Assembly (NCBI GenBank): GCA_031368125.1
Contig: JANLQZ010000804.1
Location: forward strand, 1 to 45,320
From: Betaproteobacteria bacterium
GTDB taxonomy: Bacteria > Pseudomonadota > Gammaproteobacteria > Burkholderiales > Burkholderiaceae_C
DNA: 45,320 bases
Reading direction: 5' to 3'
Position numbers and translations under genes: made by a program. The notes beneath the pieces are model-generated. The model ran no database searches. It was given only the letters and a program-made list of their open reading frames with translations, and had not been told where the DNA came from. This document shows positions 36,491 through 44,624 of the stretch, piece by piece; the stretch's first letter is position 1, and every line of letters starts with the position of its first letter.

Positions 36491-38134
36491 ATGACTGCTT
36501 GCACAGACTCACTGGCGGCCCGCGGGTCGGCAATGCGTGCGGCTGGCTACTGGATCGACAAGACCATGGATGACTTCCTGGTGGAGTCGATTCGGCTGGA
36601 CCCGGACAAGACCGCGATCGTGGCGCATCGGGTCGACCGCGCAGCGTCGCGCCGGTTTACCTATCGCGAGCTGGGCGACATGGTTGCGCGCTGCGCGGGT
36701 GCGCTTCGGGAGATGGGAGTCGTACCAGGGGATGTGGTTTCAGTGCAACTACCGAACTGGTGGGAGTTCGTCGTCACGGCGTTTGCATGTGGCCGCATCG
36801 GTGCCGTCGTCAATCCGCTGATGCCGATATTTCGCGAGCGCGAACTGCGTTACATGCTTGGTTTTGCCCAAAGCAAGGTGCTGATCGTGCCGCAGATGTA
36901 TCGCGGCTTCGACCACGCCGCCATGGCCGCGGGGTTGCGCGTGGAACTGCCGAACCTGCGACACATCGTGGTGGTCGACGGTGATCCACAACACAGTTTC
37001 GATTGCCGCATGCTCCAGTGCGCGACACCCGTCGCATGCTCCGAGGACCGGGCATCCGCGGCGTTGCGACCCGACGACGTCAGTGTGATGGTCTTCACGT
37101 CCGGCACCACGGGGGACCCCAAGGGCGTCATGCACAGCTCCAATACGCTGCTCGCATGCCTGAACGCGCTGGCTGGGCGCTTCGGCCTGGCCCCTGACGA
37201 TGTGCTGTTGTGCGCGACCCCGGTCGGACACATGACGGGTTACGCGGCCGTCATGATGCTGGCGGTACGCCTCGGCGGCACGATGGTGCTGCAGGATGTA
37301 TGGGACGGGGCGCGGGGCGTCGCGTTGATGGCAGAAGAAGGCGTGACCTACACCGCTGCCTCCACACCGTTTCTGACCGACATCTGCGATGCGGTGGCGG
37401 CCGGCGCGCCTCGCCCGCAGCGGCTGCGCGCTTTTTTGTGCGGCGGTGCACCGATACCGCCCGTGCTGATCGAGCGCGCGGCCCGCGAACTCGACCTCGC
37501 CGTGTGTTCCCTGTGGGGGATGACGGAGGCGCTTTCCGGCACCCTGACCGAACCACAAAGGGCGGCCGAGAAATCGTCCACCACCGATGGTCGCCCACTT
37601 GAAGGCATGGAAGTGCTGGTGGCCGATACCAACGGCCAGTCGTTGCCGGTGGGCCAGACAGGTCGCTTGCTGGTGCGGGGGGCGCAGGTCTTTTTGGGAT
37701 ATTTCAAACGCCCGGATCTGGCGACCTATGACGCCGAAGGCTGGTTTGATACGGGCGACCTCGCCTATATGGACGAGGAAGGATACGTCCGCATCAACGG
37801 GCGCACCAAGGATGTGCTGATTCGTGGCGGTGAAAACGTGCCGGTATTCGAGATTGAGAGCCTTCTGGTGATGCATCCGGCGGTCGCTGCGGCGGCCGTT
37901 GTCGGATATCCGGACCGCCGCCTGGGTGAGCGTGCCTGTGCTTTTGTGGTTCTGAAGCCCGGTGCCAGCTTCGACCTCGCAGCCCTGCAGGACTACATGG
38001 CGCGATCCCAGGTGGCGAAGCAGTACTGGCCTGAACGTGTACGCGTCGTGGCGGAGTTGCCGCGCACTCCCACCGGCAAGATCCAGAAATTCCGCTTGCG
38101 GGAAATTGCCGCGACTGAAGCCCCGCCCGCCTGA
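36491..38134 (+). CDS. Acyl-CoA ligase, cyclohexanecarboxylate-CoA ligase (AliA)/FadK-like
   Basis: QLPNWWEF, NPLMPIFREREL, FTSGTTGDPKGVMHS, WGMTE, TDGRPL.G, WFDTGDL, IRGGENVP and QYWPE. Confidence 0.88.
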   Translation: MTACTDSLAARGSAMRAAGYWIDKTMDDFLVESIRLDPDKTAIVAHRVDRAASRRFTYRELGDMVARCAGALREMGVVPGDVVSVQLPNWWEFVVTAFACGRIGAVVNPLMPIFRERELRYMLGFAQSKVLIVPQMYRGFDHAAMAAGLRVELPNLRHIVVVDGDPQHSFDCRMLQCATPVACSEDRASAALRPDDVSVMVFTSGTTGDPKGVMHSSNTLLACLNALAGRFGLAPDDVLLCATPVGHMTGYAAVMMLAVRLGGTMVLQDVWDGARGVALMAEEGVTYTAASTPFLTDICDAVAAGAPRPQRLRAFLCGGAPIPPVLIERAARELDLAVCSLWGMTEALSGTLTEPQRAAEKSSTTDGRPLEGMEVLVADTNGQSLPVGQTGRLLVRGAQVFLGYFKRPDLATYDAEGWFDTGDLAYMDEEGYVRINGRTKDVLIRGGENVPVFEIESLLVMHPAVAAAAVVGYPDRRLGERACAFVVLKPGASFDLAALQDYMARSQVAKQYWPERVRVVAELPRTPTGKIQKFRLREIAATEAPPA

Positions 38135-38232
38135 CACCGAACAAACCCTGGCACGGCACGACCCCGGGCAATCCAGTCCTGCTCCCGCGTACCAAAGACA
38201 ATGGCGCCCGGCATGCCACGGCGACGGCGGGC

Positions 38233-38772
38233 TTAGCCCGATGGCGCCTTCGCCAGCAGGTCCGCCAATGCCGGAACTTCCCCACCGGCAGGATCGAAAC
38301 CTAGCGGCAGGTACCAGGCCCGGTCGAACGTGATGCGCGCGTCGGTCCCGTCCAGGACGCACCGCTCTACCCTGCGACGGATCTGCGCATCGAACCCGGC
38401 CGATTCACGGATCAATTCCCGAATGGCCGCGGCGAGTGCGGCCGCGGCAGACTTGAGCTCCGGACTCGAGGCAGCCGGGAGTGCCTGCGTATTCGCCCCG
38501 TCCTCGAGTGCAGACTTGAGCAGCACCATGGTGTGGTCCGAGCCGGGCGCCCCAAGCTCGTCGAGCGCACGCGCCATGGCGAGGTGGTGGTCCAACTCGA
38601 ATCGGTCGCGATCGTGGAGAAAATCCAGGCGGCGGCGCACGAACTCCAGGTAGTCCACCACGAGTCGCAGTTGCTCGATCGCAAGCGGGTCGGTATGGCT
38701 GATGGCCGGGGCGACAATGTCGGTCAGGGCCTTCACGGCCGCACGCAAGCCGTTCTCGGTGACATCTGTCAT
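38233..38772 (-). CDS. Hypothetical alpha-helical protein (179 aa) coupled to the upstream kinase; possibly LvaB-like partner
   Basis: TGATG overlap with the kinase stop; KALTDIVAPAI...DPLAIEQL N-terminus; no catalytic motif recognised. Confidence 0.7.
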   Translation of the reverse strand: MTDVTENGLRAAVKALTDIVAPAISHTDPLAIEQLRLVVDYLEFVRRRLDFLHDRDRFELDHHLAMARALDELGAPGSDHTMVLLKSALEDGANTQALPAASSPELKSAAAALAAAIRELIRESAGFDAQIRRRVERCVLDGTDARITFDRAWYLPLGFDPAGGEVPALADLLAKAPSG

Positions 38773-39998
38773 CAGATCCGCTCCTTCAAGAGGCGCGCGA
38801 GGTCCAGACACACCGACGGCGCCATGCCCTTGATCCGGGTCAACAAGACATCCTGATGCGACTTGCCCAGCCGGGCGACGCGATACCCGGTGGCCATCAC
38901 CGAACCCAGGATCTGGTAACAATTGAGAATCTGGTAAAACGCCAGCCGCGCGGGATCGACGCTCAGGCCAGACGCCTTCTCGTACTGCTCGTAAAACTCG
39001 TCGAGTGCGATCAGCCCGCAGACGTAGTAGGTCTTGCCATCATCGCTGTAGTGGCCCATCGTCAGCTGTGTTGTCCAGGCCAGGTCGCGGTGGCGGTCAC
39101 CGATGTGCCCGCGCTCCCAGTCCAGCCAGGCATTGATGTTGCCGCTGGCCTCGTCGAACAGGAAATTTCCGCTGCGGTAGTCGCCATGCACCACGCTGGC
39201 GCGGTCGAGGACAGGCAGATTGCGATCAAGCCAATTGGCCGCCACCTCCAGTAACGCGAAATCCTCGCCGCGGTCCTCCTCCCACACGCGGCGCGCACGA
39301 TTGAGCTGCCAGGACGCACTCTGCGTAGACCCGACCTGGGGAATATCCATGCTGGGAAAGGAGTACTTCGACACGTCGAGCGTGTGAATGGAGGCCAGAT
39401 GGCGCAGGAACTGCGGAGCCAGCAGCTTGCGCAGCGCCGGTCCGAACACGGTTCCCAGACCACTGACCTTGCCCGTGCTGGTGGCCTTCGGTTTGGTCAC
39501 GCCGGGTACGTAGGAATAGATCAGCGCAGGCTCCGGGAACCAACTGCCATCCGGGTCGAGCCAGAACACGCGCGGAACCGGGACCACGCCATCGAAAGCG
39601 CCGAGCAACTCGTACTCCCGCACGCGGCTGGTGGTGTTGGATGACTCTGACGGGTCCATCCGCAACACCAGGTGATCACGAGTCGGGCCGCGCACCGGGT
39701 CCGTCCACTCCAGCGCAAAACCCATCTGGATTTTGGACACACCGCCCGTGAACCAGCCCTGCTCCGATACTTCAAACCTGCCGGCGATCTTTTCAAGCAG
39801 CATCTTGTGAAGATAGCCCGACAGTTCTTCCAGTGTCGCGCGCCGGTAGGGCGGCCCGCTGCGTTTACGCAGTTTGCGCGCCAGCAATTCCTCGGTCTCG
39901 CGCTCGGTCGGGTAACGCCTGCGCATCTCCGCGATGAACTCCTCCGACGGATTGTCGAGCACATCGAAGCCGGTTGGAGCGCCTGTAACGGTTGTCAT
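38772..39998 (-). CDS. APH-fold phosphotransferase (LvaA-like)
   Basis: TGGVSK, LVLRMDP, REYE, VPVPRV, VHGDYRSGNFL and LDWERGHIGD...DLAW. RBS GAGG before MTTVTG. Confidence 0.88.
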   Translation of the reverse strand: MTTVTGAPTGFDVLDNPSEEFIAEMRRRYPTERETEELLARKLRKRSGPPYRRATLEELSGYLHKMLLEKIAGRFEVSEQGWFTGGVSKIQMGFALEWTDPVRGPTRDHLVLRMDPSESSNTTSRVREYELLGAFDGVVPVPRVFWLDPDGSWFPEPALIYSYVPGVTKPKATSTGKVSGLGTVFGPALRKLLAPQFLRHLASIHTLDVSKYSFPSMDIPQVGSTQSASWQLNRARRVWEEDRGEDFALLEVAANWLDRNLPVLDRASVVHGDYRSGNFLFDEASGNINAWLDWERGHIGDRHRDLAWTTQLTMGHYSDDGKTYYVCGLIALDEFYEQYEKASGLSVDPARLAFYQILNCYQILGSVMATGYRVARLGKSHQDVLLTRIKGMAPSVCLDLARLLKERI

Positions 39999-40008
39999 GC
40001 CGCGGCCC

Positions 40009-41001
40009 TCAACGATGACGACCAGTGCGCGACATCCGCTCAGCCAGGTAGTCCAGGCCAAAGATGTCCCCGAACTCGCCGTAGCCGACCCGATCGCCCC
40101 AGTGGTAACGCATCAGCGACTGGTAACAGACGTGACACGGATTGAAGGAGTGCCATGGGTGCCCACCAACGACACTGCCGAAGAACTCCCATTCGCGGCC
40201 ACGCACGTCCTTGCAACGGATATGGTTGGTGGTTGCCAACAGGTCGACCCGCGTGGCCCGCACACTTGCCTCGACCAATCCGAAGGTCTGGCCGTGCTCC
40301 ATCACAAAACCGAACCGCAGCGCGTCGTAGTTCACCTCCCCGCGATCGATGTTCATCGGCACGGCCAGGTGAAACGCGAGGTCATCGCCGAAGTTCACGG
40401 AAATCCAGGAAACTGCACGCGTGCCGACCTGTGGTCGGGGCCCCCAGCTATGGTCCATCCCGTCGTAACAATCGACGCGGTAATGGCGCCCCCGCAACTC
40501 GAGTTCGCCGGTGATGTGCCCCTTGGCTTCGAAATGGCCGTTCGTCCATTCGGTGCCAATGCGGGGATCGGGCGGGCCGTTCTTCGCCGCCTCCAGCAGC
40601 GGATTCTCGTTCGGGTCATGCGGATCGAACGGGCGATGCAGCCCTCGAAAGTGCAGATCGAAACTGCAGGCCCCCAGCGCATTGCGATAGGTGAGGTGGT
40701 AGTCCCGTGCGTCGTTGGTCGCCTCCACAGTCAGCCCGTTGGCCAGGGAGTAATTCGAGAAGGACGCGGGGCACGGCAGGTGCATTTGCGGATCGGTGAA
40801 GTCGATCTCGTAGGGCTGGCGGCAAAAACCCTGGCTCACGATGATTGCGGCGCTGACCACGCCGAGGTTCGGGCGGGCAAGCACATAGGCGTTGCCAAAT
40901 ATGCCGGCGTCTGGAACTCCAAAAGGAAGAAAGGTGGTTTCGGTCCAGCTGAGATCAGCCGGATCGCAGGGGTGGAAATCCGCATCTTTCGCGGTGATCA
41001 T
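40009..41001 (-). CDS. Hypothetical beta-rich protein (330 aa), DUF7064/DUF7065-like, possible double beta-barrel
   Basis: W.ET..L.F.VP, Y.LARPNLGV, GHFE..G...G.L.L.G....VDC....DHSWGPR. Start MITAKD after GAGG. Family assignment is from memory. Confidence 0.7.
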   Translation of the reverse strand: MITAKDADFHPCDPADLSWTETTFLPFGVPDAGIFGNAYVLARPNLGVVSAAIIVSQGFCRQPYEIDFTDPQMHLPCPASFSNYSLANGLTVEATNDARDYHLTYRNALGACSFDLHFRGLHRPFDPHDPNENPLLEAAKNGPPDPRIGTEWTNGHFEAKGHITGELELRGRHYRVDCYDGMDHSWGPRPQVGTRAVSWISVNFGDDLAFHLAVPMNIDRGEVNYDALRFGFVMEHGQTFGLVEASVRATRVDLLATTNHIRCKDVRGREWEFFGSVVGGHPWHSFNPCHVCYQSLMRYHWGDRVGYGEFGDIFGLDYLAERMSRTGRHR

Positions 41002-41220
41002 GAAAACGCCCTCGCAGGGAGTGGTGCAGACGCACCGTGGGTGAACCGGCTTGGCGCAACAGACGGTACGCAAGCAACTAATAATATGCCGTACGATCTG
41101 GATCGTTGGCACCCGGGAATACCCTAAGCGATACACGTGCCCAGGCGTGCAGCCACCGGCGGTGGCAACCACCGCGTCGGTGAAGGCGGGTTTGAACGCT
41201 TGCGCAAATAACTTCCGTAG

Positions 41221-41276
41221 GGTAGCATTCCAGTTAAGCGGCGTACAGTAAGGTAGGGTACGATACGTCAAGGTAC
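41221..41276 (+). promoter_or_regulatory. 56-bp conserved upstream element, copy 2 (ABC operon / divergent region)
   Basis: Matches 33294-33349; TA at 41244, 41249, 41254, 41259, 41264 and 41274. Confidence 0.75.
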
Positions 41277-41344
41277 AAATACTGTCGCCGCGACAGCAGC
41301 CCATCGGTTCCGTCTAGGGGGCATTTCCGCCCGAAGGAGTCAAC

Positions 41345-42583
41345 GTGCAACACACCAGGATTCACAAATTTCTCGTCCCCGCACGTCACCGCGTTTTCGC
41401 CGGTGCCATGGTCGGCGCGATCGTCGGTGCATGCGCTGCCAATGCGTTCGCGCAAACGCCGCTGCCACTGAAGATCTGCGTGGTCGACGACCGCTCCGGT
41501 GCGGCTGCCGACACCGGCATCGAAAGCCTGAACGGCCTCAACATGGTGATCGAGCCTTTGAATGCCAAGGGCGGCATCAACGGGCGCAAGGTCGAGGTCA
41601 TCGCTTATGACGGCAAGACGGATCCGCAACTGACCGCCACCTTCGCCACCCGTTGCGCCGAAGACGACAAGGCGCTGATGATCATCGGCGGCAGCCCTTC
41701 TGCCACCGCCGCGGCGATGATTCCCGTCGCCGCCCAGAATGCAATTCCTTATTACATGTTGTCGGCGTCCGCGAACAACCTGACCGACAACGCGGTCTGG
41801 CATTTCCGATTCGGCCCGAAGGCCGCGCAGGATGGAATCGCCATCGCCGACGCCTTCGCCGAGATGGGCATCAAGAAGGTCGCCGTGATCAACAATTCGA
41901 CGCCGTTTGGCGCCGATGGCGCGCGCTCGACCATCCAGTCCCTCGAAGCCAAGGGCATCAAGGTGCTGACCCAGCAGACCTACGACATGGCGGCCACCGA
42001 CGTGTCGCCGCAAGTGATCAACCTGCGGCAAACCGAGCCGGATGTCGTGCTGGTATTCCCCTACCCGGCAGACGGGGCCCGTGTCGCGCGCACGATGCGC
42101 CAGCTCGGCATCAAAAGCCCGATCGTGATGCCACGCGTCGGCATCATGGGGGCTTTCCTCAAGCTGGCCGGTGAATCGGCTGATGGCATCCTCGTGCCAA
42201 CGTCGGTGGACATGACGCGCCCGGAAGTCGCGAAACTGTACGCCGACTACAACGCCAAGTTCAAGCCCATCCAGCCCTCGCCCTCCCCGGCGCAGGGGTA
42301 CGACGCCGCAACGCTGGCGGTCAAGGTGCTGTCCGATGCCGAGGTGCAAAAGGTCATCAACAGCGGCAACCTCGTCGCTGCGCGCAAAGCGATCCGTGAC
42401 GCGACCGAACGGGTCGGGAAATTTGAAGGCATGCAGGGTCAAAAAGGTGTGGGTTACCAGTTCGGCCCTGGAGCCCAGCACCATGGTGTCCCGGACCGCC
42501 AGTTTTTCGTCTTCACCGAGGTTGCCAACAAAGGTGAGAAATTGGTCGTTCCCGACATGACCAAGCTCAAGCCGAAAAACTGA
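41345..42583 (+). CDS. ABC transporter substrate-binding protein, LIV/PBP1 type
   Basis: Signal peptide, NAKGGINGRKVEV..YD, D.SPQ...L....PD and GYDA. AAGGAG RBS before GTG. Confidence 0.9.
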   Translation: MQHTRIHKFLVPARHRVFAGAMVGAIVGACAANAFAQTPLPLKICVVDDRSGAAADTGIESLNGLNMVIEPLNAKGGINGRKVEVIAYDGKTDPQLTATFATRCAEDDKALMIIGGSPSATAAAMIPVAAQNAIPYYMLSASANNLTDNAVWHFRFGPKAAQDGIAIADAFAEMGIKKVAVINNSTPFGADGARSTIQSLEAKGIKVLTQQTYDMAATDVSPQVINLRQTEPDVVLVFPYPADGARVARTMRQLGIKSPIVMPRVGIMGAFLKLAGESADGILVPTSVDMTRPEVAKLYADYNAKFKPIQPSPSPAQGYDAATLAVKVLSDAEVQKVINSGNLVAARKAIRDATERVGKFEGMQGQKGVGYQFGPGAQHHGVPDRQFFVFTEVANKGEKLVVPDMTKLKPKN

Positions 42584-42588
42584 GCTTC

Positions 42589-42633
42589 GGGCCGTGTACC
42601 GGTTGCCGGCGATGCGGCGACCGGTGCAGGCCC
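42589..42633 (+). terminator. Stem-loop between the SBP and permease genes (mRNA stabiliser or partial terminator)
   Basis: TGTACCGGTTGCCG-N6-CGGCGACCGGTGCA, a 14-bp stem with two G-U pairs, flanked by GGGCC/GGCCC; no U-tract. Confidence 0.5.
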
Positions 42634-42749
42634 ATGATCGGGCCGACGCAATTCGAATCCTCGGTCGCTTTTGCGTGTCTGCAGTTTCGGCAGCCGGCGC
42701 GCGAGACCCTGCGACGCACGGCAGTCGCGTTGACACTTGAGTATTCCCA

Positions 42750-43631
42750 ATGGAAAAACTTGGCTATCTTCTGCTTGCCGGGATCACGAATGGCAGCGTC
42801 TACGGGCTGATCGGGCTGTCGCTTTCGATCATCTACGGGTCCAGCCGCGTGATCAACTTTGCACAGGGCGACTTCGTCATGCTGGGTGCGATGTGCGCGA
42901 TTCTGTTTTCAGTGACGGCAGCAATCCCGCTGGGGCTTGCCGTGCCTCTGGTACTGGTCGCGGTGATGCTGGTCGCCCTGGGGCTGGACTACGGCGTGTA
43001 CCGCCCCCTGGTACGCCGCGGTGCACCCCCGCTGACCATCATGATGGGAACCCTGGGTGCTGCCATCGTCATTTTCGGCGTGGCACTGCAGATCTGGGGG
43101 CCGGACCAGCAGTTCGTGCCCACCTTGTTTTCGCTTGAGCCGATGAAACTGGGGATCCTGATCACCAACTCCCAGCAACTCGCGATCATCGCCCTGTTCG
43201 CGGCCTGCCTCGCAGTCACCTGGTTCATCCTGTACCGCACGCGTTTCGGTTTGTCCATCCGGGCGACCGGCGTCAACCCGCGGGTCGCGTCGCTGATGGG
43301 CATCCGCTCCGAGCGCATCGTGCAGTTCAGCTTTCTTTTCAGTGCCCTGGTCAGCAGCATGTCCGGCATCCTGGTCGGGCCGATCCTGGGTGGCCAGATC
43401 GGGATGGGCCTGATCCTGACCGTCAAGGGATTCATGGCCGCGATCCTGGGTGGCCTCGGCAGCCCCTTCGCTGCGGCAGCCGGGGGGATCGCCATCGGCA
43501 TGATGGAGTCCCTCATGGCCGGTTACGGCACCAGCCTGTATGCCGAGCCGGCGATCTTCCTGTTGATTCTGCTGGTCCTGTTCGTGCGTCCCTATGGCCT
43601 GCTCGGCGACTACGAAGCGGAGAAGCGATGA
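42750..43631 (+). CDS. livH: Branched-chain amino acid-type ABC permease (LivH-like)
   Basis: GSVYGLIG, VINFAQG, RTRFG..IRA, A.LMGI, KGF.AAILGGLGS and RPYGLLG. Confidence 0.88.
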   Translation: MEKLGYLLLAGITNGSVYGLIGLSLSIIYGSSRVINFAQGDFVMLGAMCAILFSVTAAIPLGLAVPLVLVAVMLVALGLDYGVYRPLVRRGAPPLTIMMGTLGAAIVIFGVALQIWGPDQQFVPTLFSLEPMKLGILITNSQQLAIIALFAACLAVTWFILYRTRFGLSIRATGVNPRVASLMGIRSERIVQFSFLFSALVSSMSGILVGPILGGQIGMGLILTVKGFMAAILGGLGSPFAAAAGGIAIGMMESLMAGYGTSLYAEPAIFLLILLVLFVRPYGLLGDYEAEKR

Positions 43632-44611
43632 CCGCGATGTCGCATACGCCACAACGCAAGTCCATCACACCGGTATTCGTCGTCCTGGCGATAGCCGCAG
43701 TGCTGCCCGCCGTGATCACCAGCGGTTTCCAACTGCGGCTGATCATGCTGATCGGGATCTACACCATCCTGTCCATGGGATTCAACCTGCTCTATGGTTA
43801 TACCGGCCAAATTTCACTCGGCCAGCAGGCCTTCTTCGCGATCGGCGCGTACGCCTTTTCACTGTTGCAGTTGAAGGCGCAGTGGTCCCCGGTCTGGGCC
43901 ATGCTGGCAAGTATCGGCGTGTGCGCCGCCGTCGCGCTGGTGATCGGCATCCCGCTGCTGCGCTTGCGAACCCACTACCTGGCCATGGCCACGCTGGCGT
44001 TCGGGCTTATCTTCTATGGCGTGGCGATCCGCTGGATCGACTTCACCGGAGGATCGACCGGTTTGGCCGTGCCGCCACTGGTGTTCGGCGACGTGCCACT
44101 GAGCAAGGTCGGCATCTACTACGTGATCCTGGCCTTCGTGGGACTGGTGTTGCTGTTGCACGACTTCATCATCCGCAGCCACATCGGGCGCGCATTGCAG
44201 GCCATACGCGACGACGAGACTGCAGCGTCCGCCCTGGGCGTGCCCGTCACCAACTACAAGCTGCGCATGTTCGTGCTGGCCGCAGTGATCGCAGGTATCG
44301 CAGGCATGTGTTTTTCGATGATGAGCCTGCGCGTCGACCCGAGCATGAGCGAGTTCCGCATCCTGGTGAGCATCCTGACCATCGCCGTCGTCGGCGGCCT
44401 CGGCACACGTTTCGGCCCCGTCCTGGGTTCGATTGTCGTTGTCCTGCTGCCACAGCTGCTGGTGTCGTTCGGAGAACTGGAGACACTTGTCTACGGAGCC
44501 TTCATCCTGGTTTTCCTGCTGTTCATGCCGCATGGTCTTTCAGGCTTGCTGGAAAACATGCGCTGGCGCAAATTGTTCGGCGCCGGTCCACGCGGCGCAG
44601 CCGAACGCTGA
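43628..44611 (+). CDS. livM: Branched-chain amino acid-type ABC permease (LivM-like)
   Basis: NLLYGYTGQISLG, YLAMATLAF, TGGSTG, GRAL.AIRDDE.AA, VVGGLG and P.GL. ATGA overlap with livH. Confidence 0.88.
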   Translation: MTAMSHTPQRKSITPVFVVLAIAAVLPAVITSGFQLRLIMLIGIYTILSMGFNLLYGYTGQISLGQQAFFAIGAYAFSLLQLKAQWSPVWAMLASIGVCAAVALVIGIPLLRLRTHYLAMATLAFGLIFYGVAIRWIDFTGGSTGLAVPPLVFGDVPLSKVGIYYVILAFVGLVLLLHDFIIRSHIGRALQAIRDDETAASALGVPVTNYKLRMFVLAAVIAGIAGMCFSMMSLRVDPSMSEFRILVSILTIAVVGGLGTRFGPVLGSIVVVLLPQLLVSFGELETLVYGAFILVFLLFMPHGLSGLLENMRWRKLFGAGPRGAAER

Positions 44612-44624
44612 AGGAAGTCGGCAC

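Noticed and set aside
36491-38134. Complete cyclohexanecarboxylate (ali/bad) pathway
   Set aside because: The ligase is AliA-like, but no adjacent aliB/badK/badH/badI cluster or MenB-like hydrolase was recognised.
23212-39998. APH-fold genes as aminoglycoside-resistance determinants
   Set aside because: Motifs (HGD.R.GN, LDWE..G) and context match the metabolic ACAD10/11/LvaA group.
778-44533. Many long antisense or alternate-frame ORFs (e.g. 778-2274, 5500-7356, 19216-21849, 23895-25580, 29013-30716, 41234-42736)
   Set aside because: Shadow ORFs of well-supported genes, expected from high-GC codon bias; no motifs.
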